In this document: positions 16,786 through 24,000 of the stretch, one piece after another
How the letters are laid out: every line of letters begins with the position of its first letter
Position numbering within the stretch: the stretch's first letter is position 1
Origin: Vibrio aestuarianus
GTDB lineage: Bacteria; Pseudomonadota; Gammaproteobacteria; Enterobacterales; Vibrionaceae
Length of the DNA: 24,000 nt
Direction of reading: 5' to 3'
Assembly (NCBI RefSeq): GCF_012395185.1
Contig: NZ_JAAZTU010000004.1
Span: 45,831 to 69,830, forward strand
Notes under the pieces: model-generated
Told to the model about the DNA's origin: nothing
Seen by the model: only the letters and a program-made list of their open reading frames with translations
Databases searched by the model: none
Program-made: the position numbers and the translations under genes

Positions 16786-17724
16786 TTAATCTTTATTAAA
16801 AAAACGCAAACGGTGAAGAATCCAAAACTCCACCGCAAATATGCCCACTAACGCTGCACAAAACAGACCAAAGGCAACGGGGGATTCAGTTCCAGGAATA
16901 CCACCTACATTGACTCCGAGTAAGCCAGTTAAGAAACTAGTGGGTAGGAAAATAGCCGCAATAACCGAGAACAAATAGGTATTTTGGTTCATCTTTTCGG
17001 CGTGATATTGGCGCAATTCACCTTTGATGATTTCCAGTTCACCAAGAAAGAAGTCGAGTGTTTCATTGATACGAGTAATGGTGTTAACGCTGTGCCGCAG
17101 GCGCAAATTTTTGCTATTGGCTAGCGCAACGTCTGAGTTACAGTAGTCATCAATTGCGTACAGCTGCGGCTTAATAAAGCGTTTAATTTTGAGCAGCGCT
17201 TTATGGGTTTGCATTAGATCTTCGCTCAACTCGATTTCGGTATCGTATTGAGTGATTTTTTCTTCAATGCTGCTTAAGTAGTGATCAATATTTTTATTCA
17301 GGCCATCGATCACTTGTACAATAACCTCTGATAAGGTTTGAGGTCCTTGCCCTGCCAGTAGAGCTTCTCGAATAGCATTGATGGCTTTGGATGGAATTTT
17401 ACGTGTGGAAAAGAGCGCACCATTGAAATAAAGAATCCGCACACTGAGCATGTCTTCAGGGTTTGCGTTGTCGTTCATGTTGACACCACGCAAGATCAAC
17501 AAAAAATTGTCATCCTCATATTGCTCGAACAACGGCCGCGTATCTTCAGCTAATAAGCTATCGACTATCGTGCTGGGAATTTGATACTCCAATAGCCACT
17601 CACGTAGCCCTTGTTTATCTCGTTGACAGTGATACCAGTTATTCGGTTCTATAGTTGAAGCGTTATTTGTGTGTTGTATTGGCGGAGAAGAAGAAAAGCG
17701 CCAATGATCAATCAAGAATTCCAT
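16786..17724 (-). CDS. zntB: CorA-superfamily divalent-cation channel, ZntB-like, 312 aa
   Basis: The C-terminus FLPTSFLTGLLGVNVGGIPG is followed by a second TM segment. This matches the ZntB GVN signature (E. coli ZntB [20 protein letters not shown]) rather than the CorA GMN signature. It also has a long soluble N-terminal domain. Confidence 0.8.
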   Translation of the reverse strand: MEFLIDHWRFSSSPPIQHTNNASTIEPNNWYHCQRDKQGLREWLLEYQIPSTIVDSLLAEDTRPLFEQYEDDNFLLILRGVNMNDNANPEDMLSVRILYFNGALFSTRKIPSKAINAIREALLAGQGPQTLSEVIVQVIDGLNKNIDHYLSSIEEKITQYDTEIELSEDLMQTHKALLKIKRFIKPQLYAIDDYCNSDVALANSKNLRLRHSVNTITRINETLDFFLGELEIIKGELRQYHAEKMNQNTYLFSVIAAIFLPTSFLTGLLGVNVGGIPGTESPVAFGLFCAALVGIFAVEFWILHRLRFFNKD

Positions 17725-17790
17725 ATTTATCCTTAATTAATGCTCCTCAAAACTTGCTGTGTTGAGGAGCATTTCCGTTATGTTTGATGG

Positions 17791-19242
17791 TTAGAAGCCA
17801 CGCATTTGAATGCGGCGTAAGAACTCCGTCATCACTCGGTCATAAAGTAGATCACCTAAGAATGCATCTTCAACTTGGTGGTCAATACTTGGGTTGTCGT
17901 TGACTTCAATCACATATACTTGGCCATCAATTTCTTTTAAGTCAACGCCGTATAACCCTCCACCAATAAGGTTAGCCGCTTTCACTGCTACATCGACCAC
18001 ATTTTTAGGTACTTGTTTGAGATCCAAAGTTTCAAAGCCGCCAGATGAAACTCGACCACTGTTATGGTGTTGGTAGATCTGCCAGTGACCACGGCTCATC
18101 ATATATTTACAAGCGTAGATCGCTTGGCGGTTCATGACTCCGATACGCCAGTCAAAATCGGTTGGCATAAACGCTTGCGCGAGAATCAAGGCACTTTTTT
18201 CAAACAATACGCCAGCTTCGCGTTCAAGCTCTTCTTGGTTGCGCACTTTTACGACACCGCGAGAAAATGCACCATCAGGAATTTTTAACACCATTGGAAA
18301 ACTCAGTTCTTCCATAACGTGCGTTTTCCAGTTCTCATCAAAGCTTTGTAATATTACGCCTTTTGGTGCAGGCACATTATTGCGTTGCAAAAGCTCGGTT
18401 AAGAAAACCTTGTTGGTGCATTTCATTATCGATTCAGAATCATCCATCACCACTAGGCCCATTTTTTCTGCGGTTTTAGCAAAGCGATAGGTGTAGTTAC
18501 TGATGTTGGTCGTGGCGCGAATAAATAAACCATCAAACTCGCCTAAACGGGAAAGATCATCCGGTGAAATCGTTTCAAGGTTGACGCCTAATCGGTTCGC
18601 CGCACGGCGAAAACGCTTCAGTGCCGATGCATCGGATGGCGGCATTTTCTCTTCTTCATCCACTAGCATGGCAATGTCGTAGCGATATTTCTTTTCTTGT
18701 TTAGGTTTGCGCCATACTTTGGTGGAAAACAGCTCAAGTGACTCAACAAAGAAGTCTTGTTCGTGGTCGTTCAGATCTTGGAATGGGAATGGTCCAATTT
18801 TACTGATTTGCCACTGACCTTGGTGCTTATTCATCTCAAGCTCAATCACCGGCACCATAAACTGCTCGAACAGATGCCGTGCCAGTTTATCTAACCCTTT
18901 TTCTTCGGTACGGCCAAAATAAATTTTGCATTGAATATGGTCAGTTTCGGTACACAGCTTATTGAGTTTTAATAAGCCCGATGACAACAAAAATGGTTGG
19001 TTAATATCATTGATAGCCATGACCCGTGGGATCACGCGGTGACCACGAGCTTCTGCCATCAACGAGCAGTAATAGCCACTGCTCATGTAGCTATAATCGC
19101 GACATAGGTTCACCACTTGTAAACTGCGGTGAGTCTGTTTCCAATCGGTGTTGAGGTATTGATCGACACTCACCACTTGCTCCGAAGGGAAATATTGTTG
19201 CCAGTCACTTGACTGGTCAGTCACGATCAAAAGATTTGCCAT
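17791..19242 (-). CDS. RimK-like ATP-grasp ligase with about 190-aa N-terminal extension (RLAN-type domain), 483 aa
   Basis: The C-terminal half is collinear with E. coli RimK: PMVLKIPDGAFSRGVVKV ~ PLVVKLVEGTQGIGVVL; ILAQAF ~ ILVQEYI; DWRIGVM ~ DIRCLVV; YGVDLKE.DGQVYVIEVNDNPSI ~ AGVDIL...GPLVMEVNASPGL. The N-terminal region contains YMSSGYYCSLMAEARGHRVIPRV. I recall this as typical of the RimK-like ATP-grasp N-terminal domain family, but that needs HMM confirmation. Confidence 0.8.
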   Translation of the reverse strand: MANLLIVTDQSSDWQQYFPSEQVVSVDQYLNTDWKQTHRSLQVVNLCRDYSYMSSGYYCSLMAEARGHRVIPRVMAINDINQPFLLSSGLLKLNKLCTETDHIQCKIYFGRTEEKGLDKLARHLFEQFMVPVIELEMNKHQGQWQISKIGPFPFQDLNDHEQDFFVESLELFSTKVWRKPKQEKKYRYDIAMLVDEEEKMPPSDASALKRFRRAANRLGVNLETISPDDLSRLGEFDGLFIRATTNISNYTYRFAKTAEKMGLVVMDDSESIMKCTNKVFLTELLQRNNVPAPKGVILQSFDENWKTHVMEELSFPMVLKIPDGAFSRGVVKVRNQEELEREAGVLFEKSALILAQAFMPTDFDWRIGVMNRQAIYACKYMMSRGHWQIYQHHNSGRVSSGGFETLDLKQVPKNVVDVAVKAANLIGGGLYGVDLKEIDGQVYVIEVNDNPSIDHQVEDAFLGDLLYDRVMTEFLRRIQMRGF

Positions 19243-19312
19243 TGCTATTCTTTTCCTTAATCAATAGGAATAATATTGAGCTGCAATCTTGCCAACCACT
19301 TAGGGACGTCGT

Positions 19313-20407
19313 ATGGACTTTCGTCTTGCGAAAAGTGCTGATCTCACTGCTCTTAATGCGCTAGAACAACAGCTGTTTGAGGGAGATAAAATTTCTCCGC
19401 GCCAAATGAAGCGTTTTTTACATTCCAACCAAGCTGTGTTCTTTGTGGCTGATGCCGGAACAGAACTGGCAGGTTATGCATTGCTACTATTTCATCAAGG
19501 TACACAGCTATCAAGGTTGTATTCGATTGCCGTAAAACCTGATTTCAGAGGCCGAAGGATTGCTCAAAATTTAGTTGAGCAATGCGAGCGTGCTGCTCTT
19601 GATCAAGGTGCGACTACATTACGATTAGAAGTGCGTGAAGACAATACGGCAGCGATAAATTTATATGAAAAAATGGGCTATAAAACCCTTAAATTATTAA
19701 TCCATTATTACGATGACCTATGTAATGGGAGGCGGATGCAAAAACGTCTTTCACCGCAAGGGCCTAAAGTGCAATTGCCGATGCCACTTTACGTGCAAAC
19801 CACCCCGTTTACTTGCGGTGCCGCTTGTTTATTGATGAGCTTTTCCTGCTTATCGACATCGTTTGAACCAAGCCGCACCGAAGAGCTACAACTGTGGCGC
19901 GAAGCAACCACCATATTTATGGCTGCGGGACACGGAGGATGCAGTGGTCATGGGCTGGCACTGGCCGCGACAAGGCGTGGTTACCATGTTGAGTTATGGA
20001 GTCAGTCGAAGAGCACACCATTTATTGATAGCGTGCGTGACCTAAATAAAAAGCAAGTGATTGAATTGGTTCATCAAGATTTTTGTGAACAACTGACTCA
20101 TGAGGATGTGACGATGATTGATGCGCCACCCACTCAAGAGCAGCTTGAGCAATGGGTCAATCAAGGTGCATGTGTTTTACTCTTGATTAGTACTTATCGA
20201 TTTGACGGTAAAAAAGAGCCACATTGGATTGTGCTCAGTGGTATGAGTGAAAAGTTCTTCTTCATTCACGATCCACATGCTGAAACAGAAGCTGACGCTA
20301 TGGCTTCTGCATTCATTCCTGTGGGTAAAAAAGCATTGTCGCAAATTATCGGGTTTGGCAAGCAAAAACAGACTGCTTGTGTGGTGATTAGTAAGAGTAA
20401 GTCATGA
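19313..20407 (+). CDS. Fusion protein: N-terminal GNAT (RimI-like) acetyltransferase plus C-terminal C39-like papain-fold peptidase domain, 364 aa
   Basis: Residues 1-145 show the GNAT pattern: LSRLYSIAVKPDFRGRRIAQNLV (the acetyl-CoA loop R-G-R-R-I-A) and LEVREDNTAAINLYEKMGY. Residues 155-330 have PFTCGAACLLM (Cys168, nt 19814-19816), EPHWIVL (His304) and FIHDP (Asp320), in the Cys...His...Asp order of C39-like peptidases. Confidence 0.8.
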   Translation: MDFRLAKSADLTALNALEQQLFEGDKISPRQMKRFLHSNQAVFFVADAGTELAGYALLLFHQGTQLSRLYSIAVKPDFRGRRIAQNLVEQCERAALDQGATTLRLEVREDNTAAINLYEKMGYKTLKLLIHYYDDLCNGRRMQKRLSPQGPKVQLPMPLYVQTTPFTCGAACLLMSFSCLSTSFEPSRTEELQLWREATTIFMAAGHGGCSGHGLALAATRRGYHVELWSQSKSTPFIDSVRDLNKKQVIELVHQDFCEQLTHEDVTMIDAPPTQEQLEQWVNQGACVLLLISTYRFDGKKEPHWIVLSGMSEKFFFIHDPHAETEADAMASAFIPVGKKALSQIIGFGKQKQTACVVISKSKS

Positions 20408-20454
20408 AAACCTAAAGGAGTCTTTATGACTTCATTTGGTTGTGTCGCTTTAAC
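20401..20454. promoter_or_regulatory. Three GT-N7-AC inverted-repeat sites (NorR-type enhancer candidate)
   Basis: GTCATGAAAAC (20401-20411), GTCTTTATGAC (20420-20430, within the perfect palindrome AGTCTTTATGACT) and GTCGCTTTAAC (20444-20454). Their centres lie about -129, -110 and -86 from the predicted sigma-54 TSS. The GT-N7-AC motif is the reported NorR recognition pattern. Confidence 0.5.
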
Positions 20455-20508
20455 TCTTTTAGTTGGTGGTTTTTTGTTATCTCATTGTTTTTAATGAATT
20501 ATTAATAT

Positions 20509-20524
20509 TGGCGTGATTCATGCT
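20509..20524 (+). promoter_or_regulatory. Sigma-54 (-24/-12) promoter TGGCGTGATTCATGCT for nnrS
   Basis: It fits TGGCACG-N4-TTGCW, with GG at 20510-20511 and GC at 20522-20523 at the canonical spacing. It lies about 55 nt upstream of the nnrS GTG start. Confidence 0.6.
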
Positions 20525-20577
20525 TTCTAAGAGTGAATAAGCCGCACTCTATTTAATTAGAACAATGAGGATTCATC

Positions 20578-21762
20578 GTGCTCAATATCACTGATAAAAA
20601 AGTCGAAGAACGTATTCCTGCATGGTTACGTCTTGGTTTTCGACCTTTCTTTTTACTGGGCAGTCTCTATGCCATTATTGCTATTTCATTATGGGTGTGG
20701 ATGTTTCAAACAGGCCAGCCGTCAATGCTGCAAGTTCCTGCGTTGTGGTGGCATGTGCATGAAATGCTGTTCGGTTTTGCTATGGCGATTGTGGTCGGTT
20801 TTTTACTTACCGCGGTGCAAAATTGGACGGGTATAAACGGCACTAAACATTACCGTTTGTTGCTGCTAGTAGCGTTATGGTTAGCACCTAGAGTGCTACT
20901 GTGGACACCAGTACCATTGTGGTTAACTTCATCTATCGAAGCGTTATTTTTAGCGTTGGCCGCGTATGAAATTGGGAGCCGAGTCGTCAAAGAAAAAGGG
21001 TGGAAGAATCTCTTTTTTGTTCCGCTATTTGTGCTAGCCATTGCCGCGAATTTTGCCAGTTACGCTACCATTAAAGGCATGCCACCGTTTAGCTCCGCAG
21101 CGGTCTGGCAAGCCATGCTGTGGTGGTTCACGTTGTTATTGTCAGTAATGGGCGCGCGCGTGATTCCTTTTTTCACCGCTAGACGTTTTAATTTTGAAAA
21201 AGCACAGCCTTTGCAGTGGCTTGATTGGTTAGCGAATGCACCCATAGCAGCACTATTCATTTTGAGCTTTTTCCCAATGACGATGGAGCAACTGGGTCAA
21301 CCTTTAATGATTGTGGCTGGTGTCGCTCAATTAGCTCGCTTTATTCGTTGGAAACCGTGGTTAACATTAAGTGAACCGTTAGTTTGGTCTTTGCATGCCG
21401 CTTATGTTTGTTTGCCGTTGAGCTTGTTACTTCGTGGTTTGATGGATAATACTTATGTCGCACACAACTTAATTCATCTATTTGCGATTGGTGCTTTGGC
21501 GGGGGTTATTTTAGCGATGATCACGCGCGTTACTATGGGCCATACTGGACGCGCTATATATCAAGGACCAAATATGAGTGTGGCATTTTTTGCTTTAGTC
21601 ATTGCTGCTTTTATTCGCAGTTTTGGTGTGGCATTTTTTCCAGCTCAACTGTTTATGATGGTTAACATTAGCGGCGCATTATGGGTATTGGCTTTCAGCC
21701 TGTTTGTTTGGAAATTCGGCTCGATGTTAATTACCCCAAGAGTAGACGGGCACCCTGGTTAG
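20578..21762 (+). CDS. nnrS: NnrS-family haem/copper membrane protein (nitrosative-stress associated), 394 aa
   Basis: A polytopic membrane protein with LGFRPFFLLG, WHVHEMLFGF and GFLLTAVQNWTG, which I recognise as NnrS family signatures. GTG 20578 is preceded by GAGGA at 6-nt spacing. Confidence 0.85.
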   Translation: MLNITDKKVEERIPAWLRLGFRPFFLLGSLYAIIAISLWVWMFQTGQPSMLQVPALWWHVHEMLFGFAMAIVVGFLLTAVQNWTGINGTKHYRLLLLVALWLAPRVLLWTPVPLWLTSSIEALFLALAAYEIGSRVVKEKGWKNLFFVPLFVLAIAANFASYATIKGMPPFSSAAVWQAMLWWFTLLLSVMGARVIPFFTARRFNFEKAQPLQWLDWLANAPIAALFILSFFPMTMEQLGQPLMIVAGVAQLARFIRWKPWLTLSEPLVWSLHAAYVCLPLSLLLRGLMDNTYVAHNLIHLFAIGALAGVILAMITRVTMGHTGRAIYQGPNMSVAFFALVIAAFIRSFGVAFFPAQLFMMVNISGALWVLAFSLFVWKFGSMLITPRVDGHPG

Positions 21763-21796
21763 GCATTTTTAGAGGCAGTGCAAATAAAGCGCGCAG

Positions 21797-21828
21797 AAAA
21801 AAGGCTTGGTGATGTGCCAAGCCTTTTT
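21797..21828. terminator. Bidirectional intrinsic terminator between convergent nnrS and dapD
   Basis: AAAAAA-GGCTTGG-TGATGTG-CCAAGCC-TTTTT. A U-run is available on both strands. Confidence 0.85.
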
Positions 21829-21851
21829 CATTATTTGTTATGGGGAATTGA

Positions 21852-22883
21852 TCAGTTATTGCTGTGTAGCATGCTGTTGAGTTCAACGGCAGATTTATTC
21901 GCAAGACACTCAATTTGACCCGTAATCGAGTTACGGCGGAACAGCAAATCAGACACACCAGCAAGGTCACGTGCTTTAATGATTTCTACTTCGTTCCCTT
22001 GGTTATCGAGCATGCGTACTTTCGTTCCTGCCGTCACGTATAGGCCTGATTCAACAGTACAACGATCACCTAGCGGGAAGCCCAAACCTGCATTTGCGCC
22101 AAGCAGAGAGTTTTCACCGATAGAGACCACTACTTTACCGCCACCAGAAAGCGTTCCCATAATCGATGCGCCGCCGCCGATGTCAGAGCCGTTACCAACT
22201 ACTACGCCAGCAGAGATACGACCTTCAACCATGCTCACTCCAGTGGTACCTGCGTTGAAGTTAATGAAACCTTCGTGCATCACGGTCGTGCCTTCACCCA
22301 CGTGTGCGCCAAGGCGAACGCGTGATGTATCAGCAATACGAATGCCAGTTGGAACCACGTAGTCCACCATTTTAGGGAACTTGTCTACGCAATCTACGGT
22401 TAATGCACGACCTGCAAGGCGAGCTTCGATTTGACGATCTGCTAGCTCTGGTAGGTCGATAGGGCCTTCATTAGTCCATGCGATGTTGTGCAGTAGACCG
22501 AAGATGCCGTCCAGTACTGTGCCGTGTGGCTGAACTAAACGGTGAGAGATAAGTTGCAGTTTCAAGAAGCCTTCAGCAACCGATTGAGGTTGAGCATCAG
22601 CGGCTAAAATCACAAGTACCAATGGTTGTTCTGAGTTTGCTGCTTTATCGGCAAACGCCGCATTTTGGCTATCGCCGTTGTCGGCAAAAGCAGTTGCGAG
22701 TTGTGCGCTTTGTGTCGCTGAAATTTCAATGGCTTGGTTGCCTTCGCTGTAACCAGCGATTTGCGCAAGTGCGCTAACGAACTCATCACTTGGGTTTAGA
22801 ACTGGGGCTGGGAAAAATGCTTCAATGATTTTTCCATCACGGTTTTTCGTTGCTGTACCAAAGGCAAGTGCAAAGTAAGCCAT
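21852..22883 (-). CDS. dapD: 2,3,4,5-tetrahydropyridine-2,6-dicarboxylate N-succinyltransferase DapD (long form), 343 aa
   Basis: Left-handed beta-helix hexapeptide repeats (GEGTTVMHEGFINFNAGTTGVSMVEGRISAGVVVGNGSDIGGGASIMGTLSGGG...). The N-terminus MAYFALAFGTATKNRDGKIIEAFFP is typical of the roughly 343-aa gammaproteobacterial DapD. The track start at 22943 over-extends. ATG 22883 has GGAG 7 nt upstream. Confidence 0.88.
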   Translation of the reverse strand: MAYFALAFGTATKNRDGKIIEAFFPAPVLNPSDEFVSALAQIAGYSEGNQAIEISATQSAQLATAFADNGDSQNAAFADKAANSEQPLVLVILAADAQPQSVAEGFLKLQLISHRLVQPHGTVLDGIFGLLHNIAWTNEGPIDLPELADRQIEARLAGRALTVDCVDKFPKMVDYVVPTGIRIADTSRVRLGAHVGEGTTVMHEGFINFNAGTTGVSMVEGRISAGVVVGNGSDIGGGASIMGTLSGGGKVVVSIGENSLLGANAGLGFPLGDRCTVESGLYVTAGTKVRMLDNQGNEVEIIKARDLAGVSDLLFRRNSITGQIECLANKSAVELNSMLHSNN

Positions 22884-23067
22884 CTTGTATCTCCATGTTG
22901 CAATTATAGGAGCGCAGTATGTTGATGAGTTGAGCATCATCACTACGCTGTCAATTCACTTGTCAAACATCATAAAGAGTGGGGAAGAGGGTGGAAAGGG
23001 CAAAAGGGGAGAAAGTCCGTAAAACGATACGTTTTGTCTTTTTACCGATATATTTCTTTAGATGGAA

Positions 23068-23093
23068 ATAAAAAACCGCTGGTCGTCCAGCGG
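23068..23093 (-). terminator. Intrinsic terminator after yebG
   Basis: Minus-strand RNA CCGCUGG-ACGA-CCAGCGG followed by UUUUUUAUUU. Confidence 0.8.
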
Positions 23094-23114
23094 TTTGAGC
23101 AAAGATAAAGAGAG

Positions 23115-23414
23115 TTAAGCTGCGTCTTCTTCAGGCGTTTCGTTTTTCGCTGCCTTCACCGCTTTTGGTTTTGCTGGTGCAGGTTTACGTTTTGCACCCA
23201 ATGCATAAAGCACTTCTTCTTTGTTGTGTGCTAGGAACATGGCAAGTTCTTCTTGCTTCGCTTCATCTTCTAGCAGTTCACTTTTACCCAGCAGTTCGAA
23301 AAGCTCATCTGCCATATCGAGCATTTTGTCATAAGCGTCAGCGTCTGCTTTAGAGGTAAAAGTCATCTTTTCTTCTCCGTTGCGTTCCACCACGTACTTG
23401 ACGATTACAGCCAT
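23115..23414 (-). CDS. yebG: DNA-damage-inducible protein YebG, 99 aa
   Basis: MAVIVKYVVERNGEEKMTFTSKADADAYDKMLD against E. coli YebG MAVEVKYVVIREGEEKMSFTSKKEADAYDKMLD (from memory). It has an acidic C-terminal tail and GAGGA upstream of the ATG. Confidence 0.9.
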   Translation of the reverse strand: MAVIVKYVVERNGEEKMTFTSKADADAYDKMLDMADELFELLGKSELLEDEAKQEELAMFLAHNKEEVLYALGAKRKPAPAKPKAVKAAKNETPEEDAA

Positions 23415-23443
23415 GGTTAATCCTCTAACTTAGTCGTAAATTC

Positions 23444-23463
23444 TACTGGCTGTTTATACAGCT
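23444..23463. promoter_or_regulatory. LexA (SOS) box TACTGGCTGTTTATACAGCT upstream of yebG
   Basis: CTG-N10-CAG (23446-23461) with a TA-rich centre, 30-50 bp upstream of the yebG ATG. yebG is a known SOS regulon member in E. coli. Confidence 0.75.
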
Positions 23464-23532
23464 TTTAATCACTGAAGTCTAGACGATGAGAGAAAAGTGA
23501 GAGATGGATGGTCACTATCTACTCCGCCTTAA

Positions 23533-24000
23533 CTAATGGTGGAAGTTTTGAGTATGGCAAAATTCGATGAAGCGTTTTAACAGCGGACTTTGGTATTTTT
23601 CTTTATGCACTAAAAGCCAGAAACGGCGCTTCATATCCAGTGGTACCTTGAGCATTTTTACTCGCCCATGTTGCACTGCTGAATGGGCTGCTAGTGTCGA
23701 TAAACACCCTAAGCCAAGGCCTGCAGATACACTGTTGATCAAGGCTTCTGTTGTATTGAGTTCAAATGCTTCATGCCACTGTTCCAGTCGGGGCGCGACG
23801 GTACGTAAGAAAAATTCTCTGGAACCAGAACCAGCTTCACGCAGAACCCATTCGCTATGTTCAAAATCACTTAACGTTATTTTAGTTTTTTGCACCAGTG
23901 GATGATCAGTGGCGCAGATGATGCACATTTTGTCTTGGCTAAACTGAGTTGACATTAATTCAGGATGCAAGGTTTTTCCTTCGATCAATGCAATGTCCAG
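23533..24000 (-). CDS. LysR-family transcriptional regulator, C-terminal effector domain only (5' end beyond the window)
   Basis: The frame stays open to position 24000 (..LDIALIEGKTLHPEL..), so the TTG start at 23988 in the track is an artefact. The pattern D.ALIEG...W.LRE.GSG.R......L........E....E....V..G.G...LS is typical of a LysR substrate-binding domain. Confidence 0.8.
   Translation of the reverse strand: MDIALIEGKTLHPELMSTQFSQDKMCIICATDHPLVQKTKITLSDFEHSEWVLREAGSGSREFFLRTVAPRLEQWHEAFELNTTEALINSVSAGLGLGCLSTLAAHSAVQHGRVKMLKVPLDMKRRFWLLVHKEKYQSPLLKRFIEFCHTQNFHH

Noticed and set aside
17740-17772. Hairpin ATGCTCCTCAA-N11-TTGAGGAGCAT between the ATP-grasp gene and zntB, considered as an intrinsic terminator
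   Set aside because: The perfect 11-bp stem is real, but no U-tract follows on the coding strand (the sequence is TAATTAAGG, leading into the zntB SD). I treat it as a possible attenuator or stability element, not a terminator call.
21731-21970. 79-aa minus-strand track ORF spanning the nnrS-dapD junction
   Set aside because: It overlaps the 3' end of nnrS, the bidirectional terminator and the 3' end of dapD in another frame, so it is implausible as a gene.

Overview
The window looks like a chromosomal segment of a Vibrionaceae-like gammaproteobacterium. That placement is an inference from the protein families, the long-form DapD, NnrS, ZntB and AT-rich intergenic DNA; no database was consulted. 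I found no rRNA, tRNA, CRISPR array, transposase or integrase.

Four blocks:
1. 1-9757, minus strand. An ebg-type beta-galactoside locus: ebgR, ebgA, ebgC, two diverged tandem YgjI-like APC permeases, and a signal-peptide-bearing outer-membrane porin-like ORF. That ORF runs off the left edge and is missing from the supplied ORF track.
2. 10015-16154. The Leloir galactose genes, with a recognisable GalR-operator / CRP / extended -10 promoter. galE is separated from galT-galK-galM by a 294-bp structured repeat spacer. galM carries an in-frame TGA. galR converges on the cluster.
3. 16216-20494. The most unusual part. A RimK-like ATP-grasp ligase with a long N-terminal extension is transcribed divergently from a GNAT acetyltransferase fused to a C39-like Cys-His-Asp peptidase domain. 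The ATP-grasp gene is followed by a ZntB/CorA-type channel and a gamma-glutamylcyclotransferase-fold protein. A 22-codon hydrophobic sORF with a strong Shine-Dalgarno (SD) site follows the GNAT-C39 gene. I know of no experimentally defined function for this combination.
4. 20401-24000. nnrS with a sigma-54 -24/-12 promoter and three GT-N7-AC NorR-type sites, dapD, yebG with a LexA box, and a truncated LysR-family gene.

Several track ORFs start at upstream TTG or GTG codons. I trimmed these to starts that have an SD site and agree with homolog N-termini.
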